Positions 1-9,028 of a stretch of 64,000 nucleotides of DNA are shown one piece after another (the first letter of the stretch is position 1; the number at the start of each line of letters is the position of its first letter). Position numbers and translations under genes: made by a program. The notes beneath the pieces are model-generated. The model saw only the letters and a program-made list of their open reading frames with translations. It had not been told where the DNA came from and searched no databases. Source of the DNA: Thermodesulfobacteriota bacterium (GTDB lineage: Bacteria; Desulfobacterota_D; UBA1144; Nemesobacterales; UBA2774); contig OZ244197.1 of NCBI GenBank assembly GCA_965216785.1, positions 96,001 to 160,000 on the forward strand, written 5' to 3'.

Positions 1-1
1 A

Positions 2-115
2 TCTTGCCTCTCTCTGACCGAAGAATTTTTTTCTAGGATGCAAGTAACTCCGACTTATCAAAGACTGGATGAAATCGATATTCAGACTCTTAAGGAAAAA
101 CTACTAATTGGGTAA
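2..115 (+). CDS. 3' end of an ORF entering from the left edge (element A, unknown function)
   Basis: Open frame from base 2 (SCLSLTEEFFSRMQ...KLLIG) to TAA at 113-115, just upstream of the integrase. Confidence 0.3.
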   Translation, partial: SCLSLTEEFFSRMQVTPTYQRLDEIDIQTLKEKLLIG

Positions 116-182
116 AAATTATATGCGAAAAAATAATGCTAATTCTATAAAACTTCATGAGTCAATTAAATAGAGGGGAAAT

Positions 183-1370
183 ATGTCTGTATTCAAGAAA
201 AATAACCGTTGGTATATAGATTATTACCTTCCTGATGGAAAAAGAAAAAGAGAAGTAGTAACTATCGATGGAGTAGACCCATCTAAAATATCCCGAGAAG
301 ATGCAAAAAAAGCATTAACAATCCGCAAGGCTGAGTTAGCAGAAGGCAAGTTTAAAATTGCTCAGACTAGAAAACCAATACCCTTCAAAAAACTGGCAAT
401 GAGGTACTTGGATTATTCAAAAACTAATAAGAGAGCTTGGGTAAGAGATGAGCAGTCTCTTAATCATCTCGAGGCTTTCTTTGAAAATAAAAAACTTCAC
501 CAGATCACACCTTGGCTAATAGAAAAATATAAATCAGAAAGGAAAAGAATAGTAAAGCCGGCAACTGTGAACAGAGAACTGGATACTCTAAGACATATGC
601 TGAATATAGCGGTCGTTTGGAAGATGATAGATGAGACCCCTTACAAAGGTATCAAACATTTTAGAGTAAATAATTCAAATCTAAGAATCTTGAGCGAATC
701 GGAATTTAATAACCTCTATGAATCTGGTTCTTTAGAATTAAAACCAATCATTCTAACTGCATACCTGACAGGTATGAGACTAGGAGAAATTCTGAAACTA
801 AGATGGGAAGATATAGATTTTAAGGATGATTATATCGTAGTCAGAGATAGTAAGAATTATGAAAGTAGAGCGATTTCCATCCACCATACCCTAAAGAAAG
901 CTTTGTCACAACTTAAAAGCAATACTCAATCTGAATATGTTTTTGAGGGAAGAAAAACTGTTAAAAGAGCTTGGCAAAAAGCGTTGAAGCAATCAGGTAT
1001 TACACATTGCAGATTTCACGACTTAAGACATACATTTGCCAGCAACCTAGTTATGAAGGGAGTCGACATTGTAACTGTCGCTGAGCTTTTGGGGCATAAA
1101 GATTTATCAATGACAAAACGTTATTCTCATCCTAGTCCGGAACATAAGAAGAAGGCTATTAATAGGCTAAATCTCGATAGTATGGACACCTATTTAGACA
1201 CCAAAACGTCTCAGAGGAATGAACAAAAGAGGGAAGAAGCGGGACAAGATACTGTAATTAATAGAGAAAAAGTGGTCGGGGTGGCCGGACTTGAACCGGC
1301 GGCCTCTGCGTCCCGAACGCTATTCAAGACTTTTGTGTTAGTCTGTGTGCAAACGTGTGAAGTTGCATAA
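183..1370 (+). CDS. Tyrosine recombinase/phage integrase (element A); C-terminus reads through the att site
   Basis: TGMRLGEIL, HDLRHTFAS, LLGHKDLSMTKRY catalytic motifs; N-terminal arm-binding-like WYIDY; GAGGGG RBS. Confidence 0.93.
   Translation: MSVFKKNNRWYIDYYLPDGKRKREVVTIDGVDPSKISREDAKKALTIRKAELAEGKFKIAQTRKPIPFKKLAMRYLDYSKTNKRAWVRDEQSLNHLEAFFENKKLHQITPWLIEKYKSERKRIVKPATVNRELDTLRHMLNIAVVWKMIDETPYKGIKHFRVNNSNLRILSESEFNNLYESGSLELKPIILTAYLTGMRLGEILKLRWEDIDFKDDYIVVRDSKNYESRAISIHHTLKKALSQLKSNTQSEYVFEGRKTVKRAWQKALKQSGITHCRFHDLRHTFASNLVMKGVDIVTVAELLGHKDLSMTKRYSHPSPEHKKKAINRLNLDSMDTYLDTKTSQRNEQKREEAGQDTVINREKVVGVAGLEPAASASRTLFKTFVLVCVQTCEVA
1183..1202 (+). promoter_or_regulatory. Putative arm-type integrase binding sites of element A
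   Basis: TGGACACC-tatt-TAGACACC, 12-bp period, inside the 3' end of int, ~100 bp from the core. Confidence 0.5.
1267..1320 (-). repeat. att site: 3' fragment of tRNA-Pro (48 nt including CCA), 54-bp direct repeat with 13797-13850
   Basis: Identical to 13797-13850; identity stops at the 5' side of the anticodon stem. Confidence 0.95.
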
Positions 1371-1458
1371 TTGCCTTTATTTATTGAGTAATTCCATAGA
1401 CTAGAGTATATACCTTTTGTGCGTAGTTGAACTTGATTGTGTGAAAGGGGAACTGGGT

Positions 1459-1479
1459 TACTGACATTTTCACTGACAT
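1459..1479 (+). promoter_or_regulatory. Putative arm-type integrase sites, left end of element B
   Basis: TACTGACAT-ttt-CACTGACAT matches TACTGACAT-atc-CACTGACAA at 13736-13756. Confidence 0.7.
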
Positions 1480-1643
1480 GTGGGGGGGGGCAGTACACAC
1501 CCTACCCCAGGCGAGCCAAGCTCTACCCGAACGCATATGGGTGGTAAGACTCTCGCCTCGGAACAAATAATCTATGGGTTGTCTATAACAAACTTTAATT
1601 ATAGTCACATATATAAAATCCTATTTTTCTGAGGCAGGTCAAG

Positions 1644-2453
1644 TTACTTGCAGTACTGTTTTACAGCATCAGTAGCTTGTGGGAATCCCAATTTGCTTGC
1701 TTCGGCAATATCTAAACACCCAGACTTACGTTGACCGAGAGTCATTTTCACAACTCCCCTGTTATATAGTGCTGCAACATTTTTTGGATTAAGTTCTAGA
1801 GCTTTATCAAAATCATCTATTGCTCCTCGATTGTCTTGTAGCATACTCTTAGTTGTTCCTCGGTTGTAAAATGATTGTTCATCTTTTGGATTCAATTCTA
1901 TCGCTTTGCTGTAGTCATCCAGCGAACCTCTTATATCACCTAAGGAAGACTTGGCATTACCCCTATTTAGATAAAAATTAGAATTACTTGGATTTAATTC
2001 AATTGCTTTATTGTAATCTTTTATTGAACTATGCTTATCTTCCAAATAAGAATAAATAACTCCCCTGCTATTAAAAGCTTCGGCATCATCAGGGTTCACT
2101 TCTATCGCCTTGTTACAGTCTTCAATCGCTCCAAGATAATTGCCTAGCGCTGCTTTCGCTAAACCCCTTTGAGAGTAGGCTTCACTATAATTTGGATTTA
2201 ATTCTATCGCTTGCGTGTAATCCTTTATTGAATCCCTGTAATTTTCCAATGCAAGCTTAGTAGCTCCTCTAAGATAGTAAGCCTTTGTGTAATCTTGCTT
2301 AAGCTCTATTGCTTTATTGAAATCCTTTAATGCTCCATAATCATCTCCATTTTCGAATTTAATAAATCCTCTATCAAAATACTCTTCGGCTGTCTGGGCA
2401 AAGACTAATCCAGTTAGAAATATTAACAATATAAATACGATTAAGAATTTCAT
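1644..2453 (-). CDS. Secreted tetratricopeptide repeat protein
   Basis: Signal peptide (VFA-QTAEEY), ~7 34-aa TPR units (AIELNP...YxNRG), C-terminal CLDxxxAxxLG...YC cap. Confidence 0.9.
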   Translation of the reverse strand: MKFLIVFILLIFLTGLVFAQTAEEYFDRGFIKFENGDDYGALKDFNKAIELKQDYTKAYYLRGATKLALENYRDSIKDYTQAIELNPNYSEAYSQRGLAKAALGNYLGAIEDCNKAIEVNPDDAEAFNSRGVIYSYLEDKHSSIKDYNKAIELNPSNSNFYLNRGNAKSSLGDIRGSLDDYSKAIELNPKDEQSFYNRGTTKSMLQDNRGAIDDFDKALELNPKNVAALYNRGVVKMTLGQRKSGCLDIAEASKLGFPQATDAVKQYCK

Positions 2454-2468
2454 TATTATCACATCATG

Positions 2469-2876
2469 TTATTCCCAATCTCGTGGATTGAGAGATGACA
2501 AGCCTTCATAAATATCATTATGATGTAAAAAATACCAAGCTTCTTCTTTTGTTTGCATATTTTTTAACCACGATTCAATTTGAACATAAACTAGCCCTCT
2601 AACCATAGCCTTATCCATTATTTCTTTTAATGAGTCATAATCTTTTCTAGTAAAGTATTGATAATAATGATTCTTCATAATTACTCTAATAGAATTGCAA
2701 GTCGAAGTTTTCATGAATTGATGAATGTCTGTAATGTCTAGGTTTGGAAATTTATCTTCCAATAGGCTGGTTTGTATATGAATTAAAAAAACTTCATACG
2801 GACGCCCTACAGTATAGTGCTTATACATTAGGAACAAGAATATTAAAACTATAATAATTCCAATACTAGCTAGCAA
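2469..2876 (-). CDS. Hypothetical protein with N-terminal TM anchor
   Basis: 135-aa ORF, hydrophobic N-terminus, AGGAG RBS, co-oriented with TPR gene. Confidence 0.6.
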   Translation of the reverse strand: MLASIGIIIVLIFLFLMYKHYTVGRPYEVFLIHIQTSLLEDKFPNLDITDIHQFMKTSTCNSIRVIMKNHYYQYFTRKDYDSLKEIMDKAMVRGLVYVQIESWLKNMQTKEEAWYFLHHNDIYEGLSSLNPRDWE

Positions 2877-3064
2877 GAAGTTACATCTCCTTAAATGTCT
2901 GCTAAAGTCTGTTTCTATTTAGAATTAGATTAAAGCCAGAGCTATACAATTACAAGGTGGTTTTCGCTAATTGAGAAATTCCAAAAGGATAAGATATTAA
3001 GGTGAGCTCCGTAGTAGAATCATTTGATACTTAATAACCTAAAATACGGTAGGCCTAAAAGATG

Positions 3065-3478
3065 TTAAAGCTCAGCCTTACTATTAGATAAGGATTCATA
3101 ATCAATTGTGTGTATTTTAATGGCCTTGCGGTTTGCTCTTTCAAGCATATCGCAGACAATAGAGTTTTCACTAAGTATATGGGCAAAGACGACTACGAGG
3201 TCTACCTGGTGTTCTTGTAGCATAATTTGATTGCGGCGTTTATAACCGTAGTCACCCATAGACTTGTGGGTAGGATATATAACTTGGTCGATACCTATCT
3301 TAGCGCAGAGGGCTTGAGCCGCTGTCTCAGGACCTGGTTCGCCTCCATGAATGATAAGAAGCTCTTTCCCCTTTGAATGAGATTCTTTCCTTAACCTGAG
3401 GATTAAATCTTGTACTATTCTATCGTATGTCCAGTGAGGGGAACCGCAAATAACGACTCTCAATACCGTCTCCGTCAC
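3065..3478 (-). CDS. SLOG-family protein (YspA/DUF2493-like)
   Basis: VVICGS, IIHGGxxGxE and GYKRRNQIML...DLVVVF motifs. Confidence 0.75.
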   Translation of the reverse strand: MTETVLRVVICGSPHWTYDRIVQDLILRLRKESHSKGKELLIIHGGEPGPETAAQALCAKIGIDQVIYPTHKSMGDYGYKRRNQIMLQEHQVDLVVVFAHILSENSIVCDMLERANRKAIKIHTIDYESLSNSKAEL

Positions 3479-3716
3479 CCCTACAGAGACAGTCCCATGG
3501 TTGTTTGAAAAGTCTAATATCTAGCCTCCTTGAATACAAGGGGTTTCATTGAGATTCATATTTGGAATTTGTGTTTGAATTTGTATAGACTCATACTGCT
3601 TTGTTAAGCTGTTTTTAGGGAGATTAATTTTACCAGCTATTTAATGGGAAGTAGTATACTCAAATCTAGTTGTCATCTATGCTTCAAAAAAGTATAGTTA
3701 ATTTAGGTAATGTTGG

Positions 3717-4184
3717 ATGATAATCAAATATATTCTTATAGCACTAGCTTTGCATATTAGTATTACGATTGCCTATCCCGGAGTTTATGCAAAGGATGCA
3801 AGTATAGATGATTGCAAAGAATTTGTTATCGTATATAACCGATATACCAAAAAGCAGGAAAAACTTTTGACTTTTGATTCTAGAGAAAATATTCCAAATA
3901 TTACTGTAGAAAGGGTCAAGAAAACTCATTATGCTGGAATTGTAATCGGAGACCCGGAAGGGAAAGAGCCGATAGGCATGGTACATGTTGCTGATTGCGA
4001 TTTGTCAAAAGCGATATTAGATAAATCGCCAAAAAAATCATTGATTAATACAAGGACCACTGACATTTTCTATTTACCTACAGAAATAAAAGGATGCTAT
4101 GCTTTTAATGATTTTACTGAAGAGGAACGCAAACTTGGATATTATCAATTGGACTTTGTGAGATGTGAGAGCCTTGAAAAGTAA
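3717..4184 (+). CDS. Hypothetical secreted protein
   Basis: 155-aa ORF with signal-peptide-like N-terminus, 4 Cys. Confidence 0.6.
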   Translation: MIIKYILIALALHISITIAYPGVYAKDASIDDCKEFVIVYNRYTKKQEKLLTFDSRENIPNITVERVKKTHYAGIVIGDPEGKEPIGMVHVADCDLSKAILDKSPKKSLINTRTTDIFYLPTEIKGCYAFNDFTEEERKLGYYQLDFVRCESLEK

Positions 4185-4368
4185 AACTTAACCAAAATTG
4201 AAGACGAAGTATTCATAATGGGGGGGTATAAGCAGAATATTTGGCTACCTTTATTTATTGGTTTTAATGTACACAATTCCAACTTAAATCCTGCTTGACA
4301 AATGGGGAGCAGTAAATTGCTTAATGTTAAGTTAAAGCAATTAATCTGATTCGGAGAGTAATCAGAAA

Positions 4369-5358
4369 TTGACCAAAGGAACTACAAAGGCAAAGAAACG
4401 AAAAGATTCTGCTAAGAAAAAAGAATCTACATCCAAAAGCAAGATTATTCCCAACATAAAACCATATTTGGTCCATCTTTTAGCTAGTGCATTCGAAAAC
4501 GAAACCCTTCAGTTTACAGCTTCAAAGTCAATTGAGTCCTTAGCTAATACAGGGGATATTAAACACTTAAGAACCTTATCCACTATTCCGAGTATTTACC
4601 TAGAAAAAATATTTTGGAAACAGCTCAATGAGTGGAATTATTATGCTTATGATGGTGATAAAAATGCTGAGCTACTATTAGAAACAGTATTTAAAGGCTC
4701 TAGAAATGCGATTATTACATATAAATCCAAGAGAACCGGGAGACCCCCTAAATCGTTGCCTCATGAGATTGCAATTGTAGATGAATATTTCAAGTTACAA
4801 GAAGGACTATTAAAGAACGCAGTTGAGGACGGCCAGAAGAAAGAGATAAGCAAATATTACTCTGACCTCGATAATGGCAAGGTATCCAAAAATGACAAAG
4901 TATTAGCAAAGCAAATCCAAGCAAATATCGAGAGAAGGAAGAGAAATCTAACAGCATTTTTAAGAAAAGAAAAACTAGAAATTTCTAATACTAAAGTCGA
5001 TAAGATGCTTCTTAATTCCAACTCAGAAATATCAATCGAGATACTAGCTTCAAGGCATGGAGTAGGTACTAGAAAGATAAAGGGACTTTTAGCAAAAGAA
5101 GACCCTGATTATAAGTATGTAGTAGATTTTTATTCGCCTGGGTCCACAACTAAAAGGATAGATTATATTAAGTATCGTGTAGAAAGAGTAAAAGCTCGGC
5201 AAGAATCAAATGATGATGATAGCTATTATAGGATTCTGTCCAAAAAACTAGGAGTACCAGTCAAAACGCTCAAAGAACAAAACCCCCATATTCATCCTAC
5301 TACGGTCAGAACTCCCCATATATCTAGAGTCTCATCAAAGTCTCCATCCAAAAAATAA
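4369..5358 (+). CDS. Hypothetical basic protein (possible DNA-binding regulator upstream of xis)
   Basis: 329-aa Lys-rich ORF with GRPPK motif; position typical of satellite regulators. Confidence 0.6.
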   Translation: MTKGTTKAKKRKDSAKKKESTSKSKIIPNIKPYLVHLLASAFENETLQFTASKSIESLANTGDIKHLRTLSTIPSIYLEKIFWKQLNEWNYYAYDGDKNAELLLETVFKGSRNAIITYKSKRTGRPPKSLPHEIAIVDEYFKLQEGLLKNAVEDGQKKEISKYYSDLDNGKVSKNDKVLAKQIQANIERRKRNLTAFLRKEKLEISNTKVDKMLLNSNSEISIEILASRHGVGTRKIKGLLAKEDPDYKYVVDFYSPGSTTKRIDYIKYRVERVKARQESNDDDSYYRILSKKLGVPVKTLKEQNPHIHPTTVRTPHISRVSSKSPSKK

Positions 5359-5386
5359 TTCCCCCATTTCACATCACTACATTTTT

Positions 5387-5422
5387 CGTGTGCGGAAACT
5401 AACCCTTCTATTTCCACACACG
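5387..5422. promoter_or_regulatory. Inverted repeat (operator or hairpin) upstream of the xis-helicase operon
   Basis: CGTGTGCGGAAA-N12-TTTCCACACACG, 11/12 complementary. Confidence 0.45.
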
Positions 5423-5484
5423 GGAATTTTACGCATCCATGTACCTTTATTTTCAAATTATCACAACTCTAAAGGAGTAGACAC

Positions 5485-5703
5485 ATGAATAGTTTGAAAC
5501 CAAGACTTATTGATAGGGAAGAGCTTCTGGAGTTATACCCAGCCCTTGCAAGTAAAGGTAAAAATAAATTTTATCGTCTTCAATGGCTAACCCGTTCTCG
5601 GCAAATTCCGGTAATAAGAATCGGGCGGAGGTTGTATTTTGATGTGACCGAAATTGAAGCCTGGCTTGATAGTAAGAGAGTTCATATCGGAGTAATAGAA
5701 TGA
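5485..5703 (+). CDS. Excisionase/AlpA-like HTH DNA-binding protein
   Basis: 72 aa, IPVIRIGRRLYFD..IEAWL wing motif (HTH_17-like); AAGGAG RBS. Confidence 0.8.
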   Translation: MNSLKPRLIDREELLELYPALASKGKNKFYRLQWLTRSRQIPVIRIGRRLYFDVTEIEAWLDSKRVHIGVIE

Positions 5704-7241
5704 ACCGGTACGGTGAACATAAGAAGGCACCAAAGTTTCAAAAATCACTTTACACTGAAGAGGTGGAGCAGACTGAGATAATTATTCTTGCGGCTCTTAT
5801 TTTTGGGGATTTAGACTTTTCGGAGGTACAAGGTGTGTTAGTTAGTAGAGACTTTTATACTGAAGACCATCAATCTATTTTCAAGGTACTTGAAGAGCTT
5901 TACAGAAAAGGTGAGCCAACTGACATTCTGACTGTCACTAATGGGCTTCGTAATGCTAGAAGAAGTAACGGTCGGGAATGGACACAATACCTTTTGTCTC
6001 TCGATGCTAATGCTCTACCACTTAGCACTAATAATCTGGACTACCATATCCGGAATATTATAACCTTCTCTCGAAAACGAGAGCTTTGCAATGATGCACA
6101 TAATCTTGCTATGGCAGTTTCGAACGATAATCTCGATGATGTGAGAAGCCTTGTTGATGCTATTTCAAATTATCAATATGACGATACGTTTAATGATGTA
6201 CTTATACTCGCTGAACAAGCAATAACTCCTCGGACTTGGCTCTTAGAAGGTGCAATACCGGATGGTTATCCAACAATCATTTATGGGGCTGGTGGTTTGG
6301 GTAAGAGTTTTCTAGCATTACAGCTCGCCATACTCGCGTGCCAAGGAGGACAAAAATTCTTACATCTTAAATTCCCGGAAAAGCCTAAGAATGTCTTACT
6401 AGTAGATTATGAACTTGACGAAAGTGAGCAAGCACGACGTGCTAAGCAAATAGCCAGAGGCTTAAACCTCCCAGACGTACCAATAAATCTACATTACATA
6501 TCACCCGCTCAAGGGCTGGCTAGGTTACTTCCGAAACTCAAAGGATTAATACAATCAAAAGATATTAGGTTCGTTATCATAGACTCCATAGGAGCTTCAG
6601 GAACGGACGGGGAGAGCGTCCAGGATGTTGTGAGCCTACTGACGAAAATTAAAGAACTAGGAGCACCAACACTAGTACTGGACCACCAGAGCAAAATGCA
6701 GTCTGGTGACAAATATGGGAATAAGACCCCGTTCGGCACTGTTTATAAAGAAAACTTATCTCGCTCGGTATTCCAATTGTCCAAGGTTGAGGCAGTGGGT
6801 AATAGGGTAACTCTTAAGCTGAGACATAGAAAAGCAAATTTCAGCAGGCTTCTGGATGACTTGGTATTCGACATGTATTTTGAGGGGGATAGAGTCCTTT
6901 TCACGGAGTCAAATGTTAAATCTGATGAAACCAAGGAGGTTGACTTAGTTGATGCAGCTATCAGGGAGCTTGAAGGAGAGGGAAGAAAAGTCAATCAAGA
7001 TGCTATAAAGGAAAGACTCAAGGGAGTTCTGGCTAAGAATAAGGTTGTATCGATATTAGAAGAAAGGAAGGGAGAACTTTGGGACGAAAAACCGGGTAAC
7101 CGCAAGGAAAAATTATATAAATCTAAAAATCCAAAAAGCGGTTCCCTTAGTAATCAGACTTTTGGACTTTTGGAAAATGAGCGAGATTTTGAGATTCCTC
7201 CCGAGTTGATGGATGATAATGAAGAGCTTGGAGGTTGGTAG
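5700..7241 (+). CDS. Replicative helicase: DnaB-like N-terminal domain plus AAA_25 (RSF1010 RepA-like) ATPase
   Basis: DFY..HQ.IF..L..LYRKGEPTDILTV (DnaB N-term); Walker A GAGGLGKS; VDYE; Walker B VIIDS; LDH. Confidence 0.85.
   Translation: MNRYGEHKKAPKFQKSLYTEEVEQTEIIILAALIFGDLDFSEVQGVLVSRDFYTEDHQSIFKVLEELYRKGEPTDILTVTNGLRNARRSNGREWTQYLLSLDANALPLSTNNLDYHIRNIITFSRKRELCNDAHNLAMAVSNDNLDDVRSLVDAISNYQYDDTFNDVLILAEQAITPRTWLLEGAIPDGYPTIIYGAGGLGKSFLALQLAILACQGGQKFLHLKFPEKPKNVLLVDYELDESEQARRAKQIARGLNLPDVPINLHYISPAQGLARLLPKLKGLIQSKDIRFVIIDSIGASGTDGESVQDVVSLLTKIKELGAPTLVLDHQSKMQSGDKYGNKTPFGTVYKENLSRSVFQLSKVEAVGNRVTLKLRHRKANFSRLLDDLVFDMYFEGDRVLFTESNVKSDETKEVDLVDAAIRELEGEGRKVNQDAIKERLKGVLAKNKVVSILEERKGELWDEKPGNRKEKLYKSKNPKSGSLSNQTFGLLENERDFEIPPELMDDNEELGGW
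7122..7174. promoter_or_regulatory. Putative iteron-type replication origin inside the 3' end of the helicase gene
   Basis: TCTAAAAA TCCAAAAA facing ACTTTTGG ACTTTTGG: two inverted pairs of 8-bp repeats. Confidence 0.5.
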
Positions 7242-7562
7242 ATGAGGTCAGTGCTAACGGAAAAAGACAGGCTTTTGAAACTGACATTAGACGGTATAAC
7301 CAAGAGGTATCCGTCTGGCCTATATGAATGGCTTTTCAAATATAAGATTGAAGTTCATGAGCGTATAATCGAGCTAGAGGACAGGATTGATGAGAATTTC
7401 AACGATAATGGAAGCATACAGGAGCTGAAAGCCCTTTTGAGAGGATACTGGGTAGAGCACATAAAAGCTGAACGGGATTTTGAGCTGAGTGGCAAGCCTG
7501 ATGCATCATTGGAGGAAATAAGGTCTGAAAGGATAGATACGCTAGAGCAAAGGCATGTTTAA
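7242..7562 (+). CDS. Hypothetical protein coupled to helicase
   Basis: 106-aa ORF, stop/start abutting both neighbours. Confidence 0.7.
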   Translation: MRSVLTEKDRLLKLTLDGITKRYPSGLYEWLFKYKIEVHERIIELEDRIDENFNDNGSIQELKALLRGYWVEHIKAERDFELSGKPDASLEEIRSERIDTLEQRHV

Positions 7563-8008
7563 TGAAAAAAAATGAGCTTAGCTTGAAAGATTTTCCGCCG
7601 AAACTGCGAAGACTAGCCCGATTTATGCTCGAAAATGAAGAAAAAAAGACTGTTTCGCATGCTTGTCGAGAGCTTGGTTTCAACAAAAGAAGTATTTTCA
7701 CTATGATTCACCGGTCTAAAAGAAAAGGTCATGATTTCAATGAGTTGCTAGCGGATGTATCAGATTTTTATCTCAAAACAGAGTTGATTAATGTTGATAA
7801 AAAGACCATAGAATGGGCCTTAACAGGCTCGGCTCGGGATAGAGAATTATTTTACAAGCGTATAGGGGTGCTTAAAAACAGCCCCAAGATTGAGATTAAT
7901 AACAATCTAGGGCTTACTTTTGCTGTGAAAGTGGATAACGTGAGCGACTCTAATAAAAGGCCTAAAGGGCAAAATGAATTAAGACCTTATATTCCTAACA
8001 AAAGTTAA
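7562..8008 (+). CDS. Terminase small subunit-like HTH protein (phBC6A51-like)
   Basis: TVSHACRELGFNKRSIF HTH, GSARDRELFYKRIG helix, C-terminal beta tail; follows the rep module. Confidence 0.55.
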   Translation: MKKNELSLKDFPPKLRRLARFMLENEEKKTVSHACRELGFNKRSIFTMIHRSKRKGHDFNELLADVSDFYLKTELINVDKKTIEWALTGSARDRELFYKRIGVLKNSPKIEINNNLGLTFAVKVDNVSDSNKRPKGQNELRPYIPNKS

Positions 8009-8047
8009 AAATACTAATTTACTACTATCGCACTATGTCATGCTTAG

Positions 8048-8641
8048 TTAGAAACTATATTGTTTTGTAATACCGGTTTGTTTAAGTATTTCAGGACGTT
8101 CTGTTTCAATTTCAGTAACATTATCCTCTACTATATCTAATTTTAATTGGTCCCATTCAAAGTTATGTATTTTTACTTGGTCGAACTTAGAGTAAGCAAT
8201 CCAAAAAAAACAACTATCTTTGATATTTTGAGGGAAAAGGAGAGGGTACTTGATAACCTTGTTCTCAAAATTTCCTTGTTTAATTCGTTCTATTCCATTC
8301 CTCCATTCAGAAATGAACACCTCACCTATATCAAAAGATGGATGAATCACAAGATATGAAGGGTTAACAATATGCAGGTCCGTGTCTTTACTATATGCCA
8401 TAATTTCAGCGCGATTATCGACGATGTCAAGAAGGTCATTATTAATAATCTCAACGTAATTATCTCGAACAGCATCACGGTTCAATGATACAATTGAGAC
8501 TACAGCCCAAAATGGTTTATATTTCTTACCCAAATCTACACCAGATATTAGCTCACACCACTCTTCTACAGTATCCACCTCATGGTTCGAACAACTTAAG
8601 AACAGGGAAAATAATATTAATGCAAGGGCAGATTTTTTCAT
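8048..8641 (-). CDS. Hypothetical lipoprotein
   Basis: MKKSAL...FLSC lipobox. Confidence 0.65.
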   Translation of the reverse strand: MKKSALALILFSLFLSCSNHEVDTVEEWCELISGVDLGKKYKPFWAVVSIVSLNRDAVRDNYVEIINNDLLDIVDNRAEIMAYSKDTDLHIVNPSYLVIHPSFDIGEVFISEWRNGIERIKQGNFENKVIKYPLLFPQNIKDSCFFWIAYSKFDQVKIHNFEWDQLKLDIVEDNVTEIETERPEILKQTGITKQYSF

Positions 8642-8735
8642 TATTGTTTTGACCTGTGTCATAATGCCATATCTTATTACATTTTTGTAAAAATATAAAG
8701 GCGGGGAGACAAGAAAAATATTCAGTTATTAGGAT

Positions 8736-8984
8736 GTGTATATTATAATAAATACCGTGACTACTTTAGCGCTTATATTAAAAATCATTGTTTATATATG
8801 GATTGTACTAATACTTATTAATATTGCCATCGTATTGGTAAGAATTGTGTTGGAACAAGGAATATTTCGGTTATGGGAAACTTTAAGCCCTTTTAATCTT
8901 AGCTACTATATTCCTATGTTCATAGCGCTAGCTCCTGGAATGATATTAATATATATTGCAAATAAATTACAAGAACGGGCATAA
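8736..8984 (+). CDS. Small membrane protein (2 TM)
   Basis: 82-aa hydrophobic ORF. Confidence 0.55.
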   Translation: MYIIINTVTTLALILKIIVYIWIVLILINIAIVLVRIVLEQGIFRLWETLSPFNLSYYIPMFIALAPGMILIYIANKLQERA

Positions 8985-9028
8985 AAATGAATTGAAGCAC
9001 AATTAAGAAATAAGTTGATAGAGAAACT

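Larger units (their letters stand above)
1..1320. mobile_element. Right end of integrative element A (extends beyond the left edge), in tandem at tRNA-Pro
   Basis: Integrase 183-1370 abuts a tRNA 3' fragment in the same geometry as element B's integrase; own arm-like repeats at 1183-1202. Confidence 0.75.
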
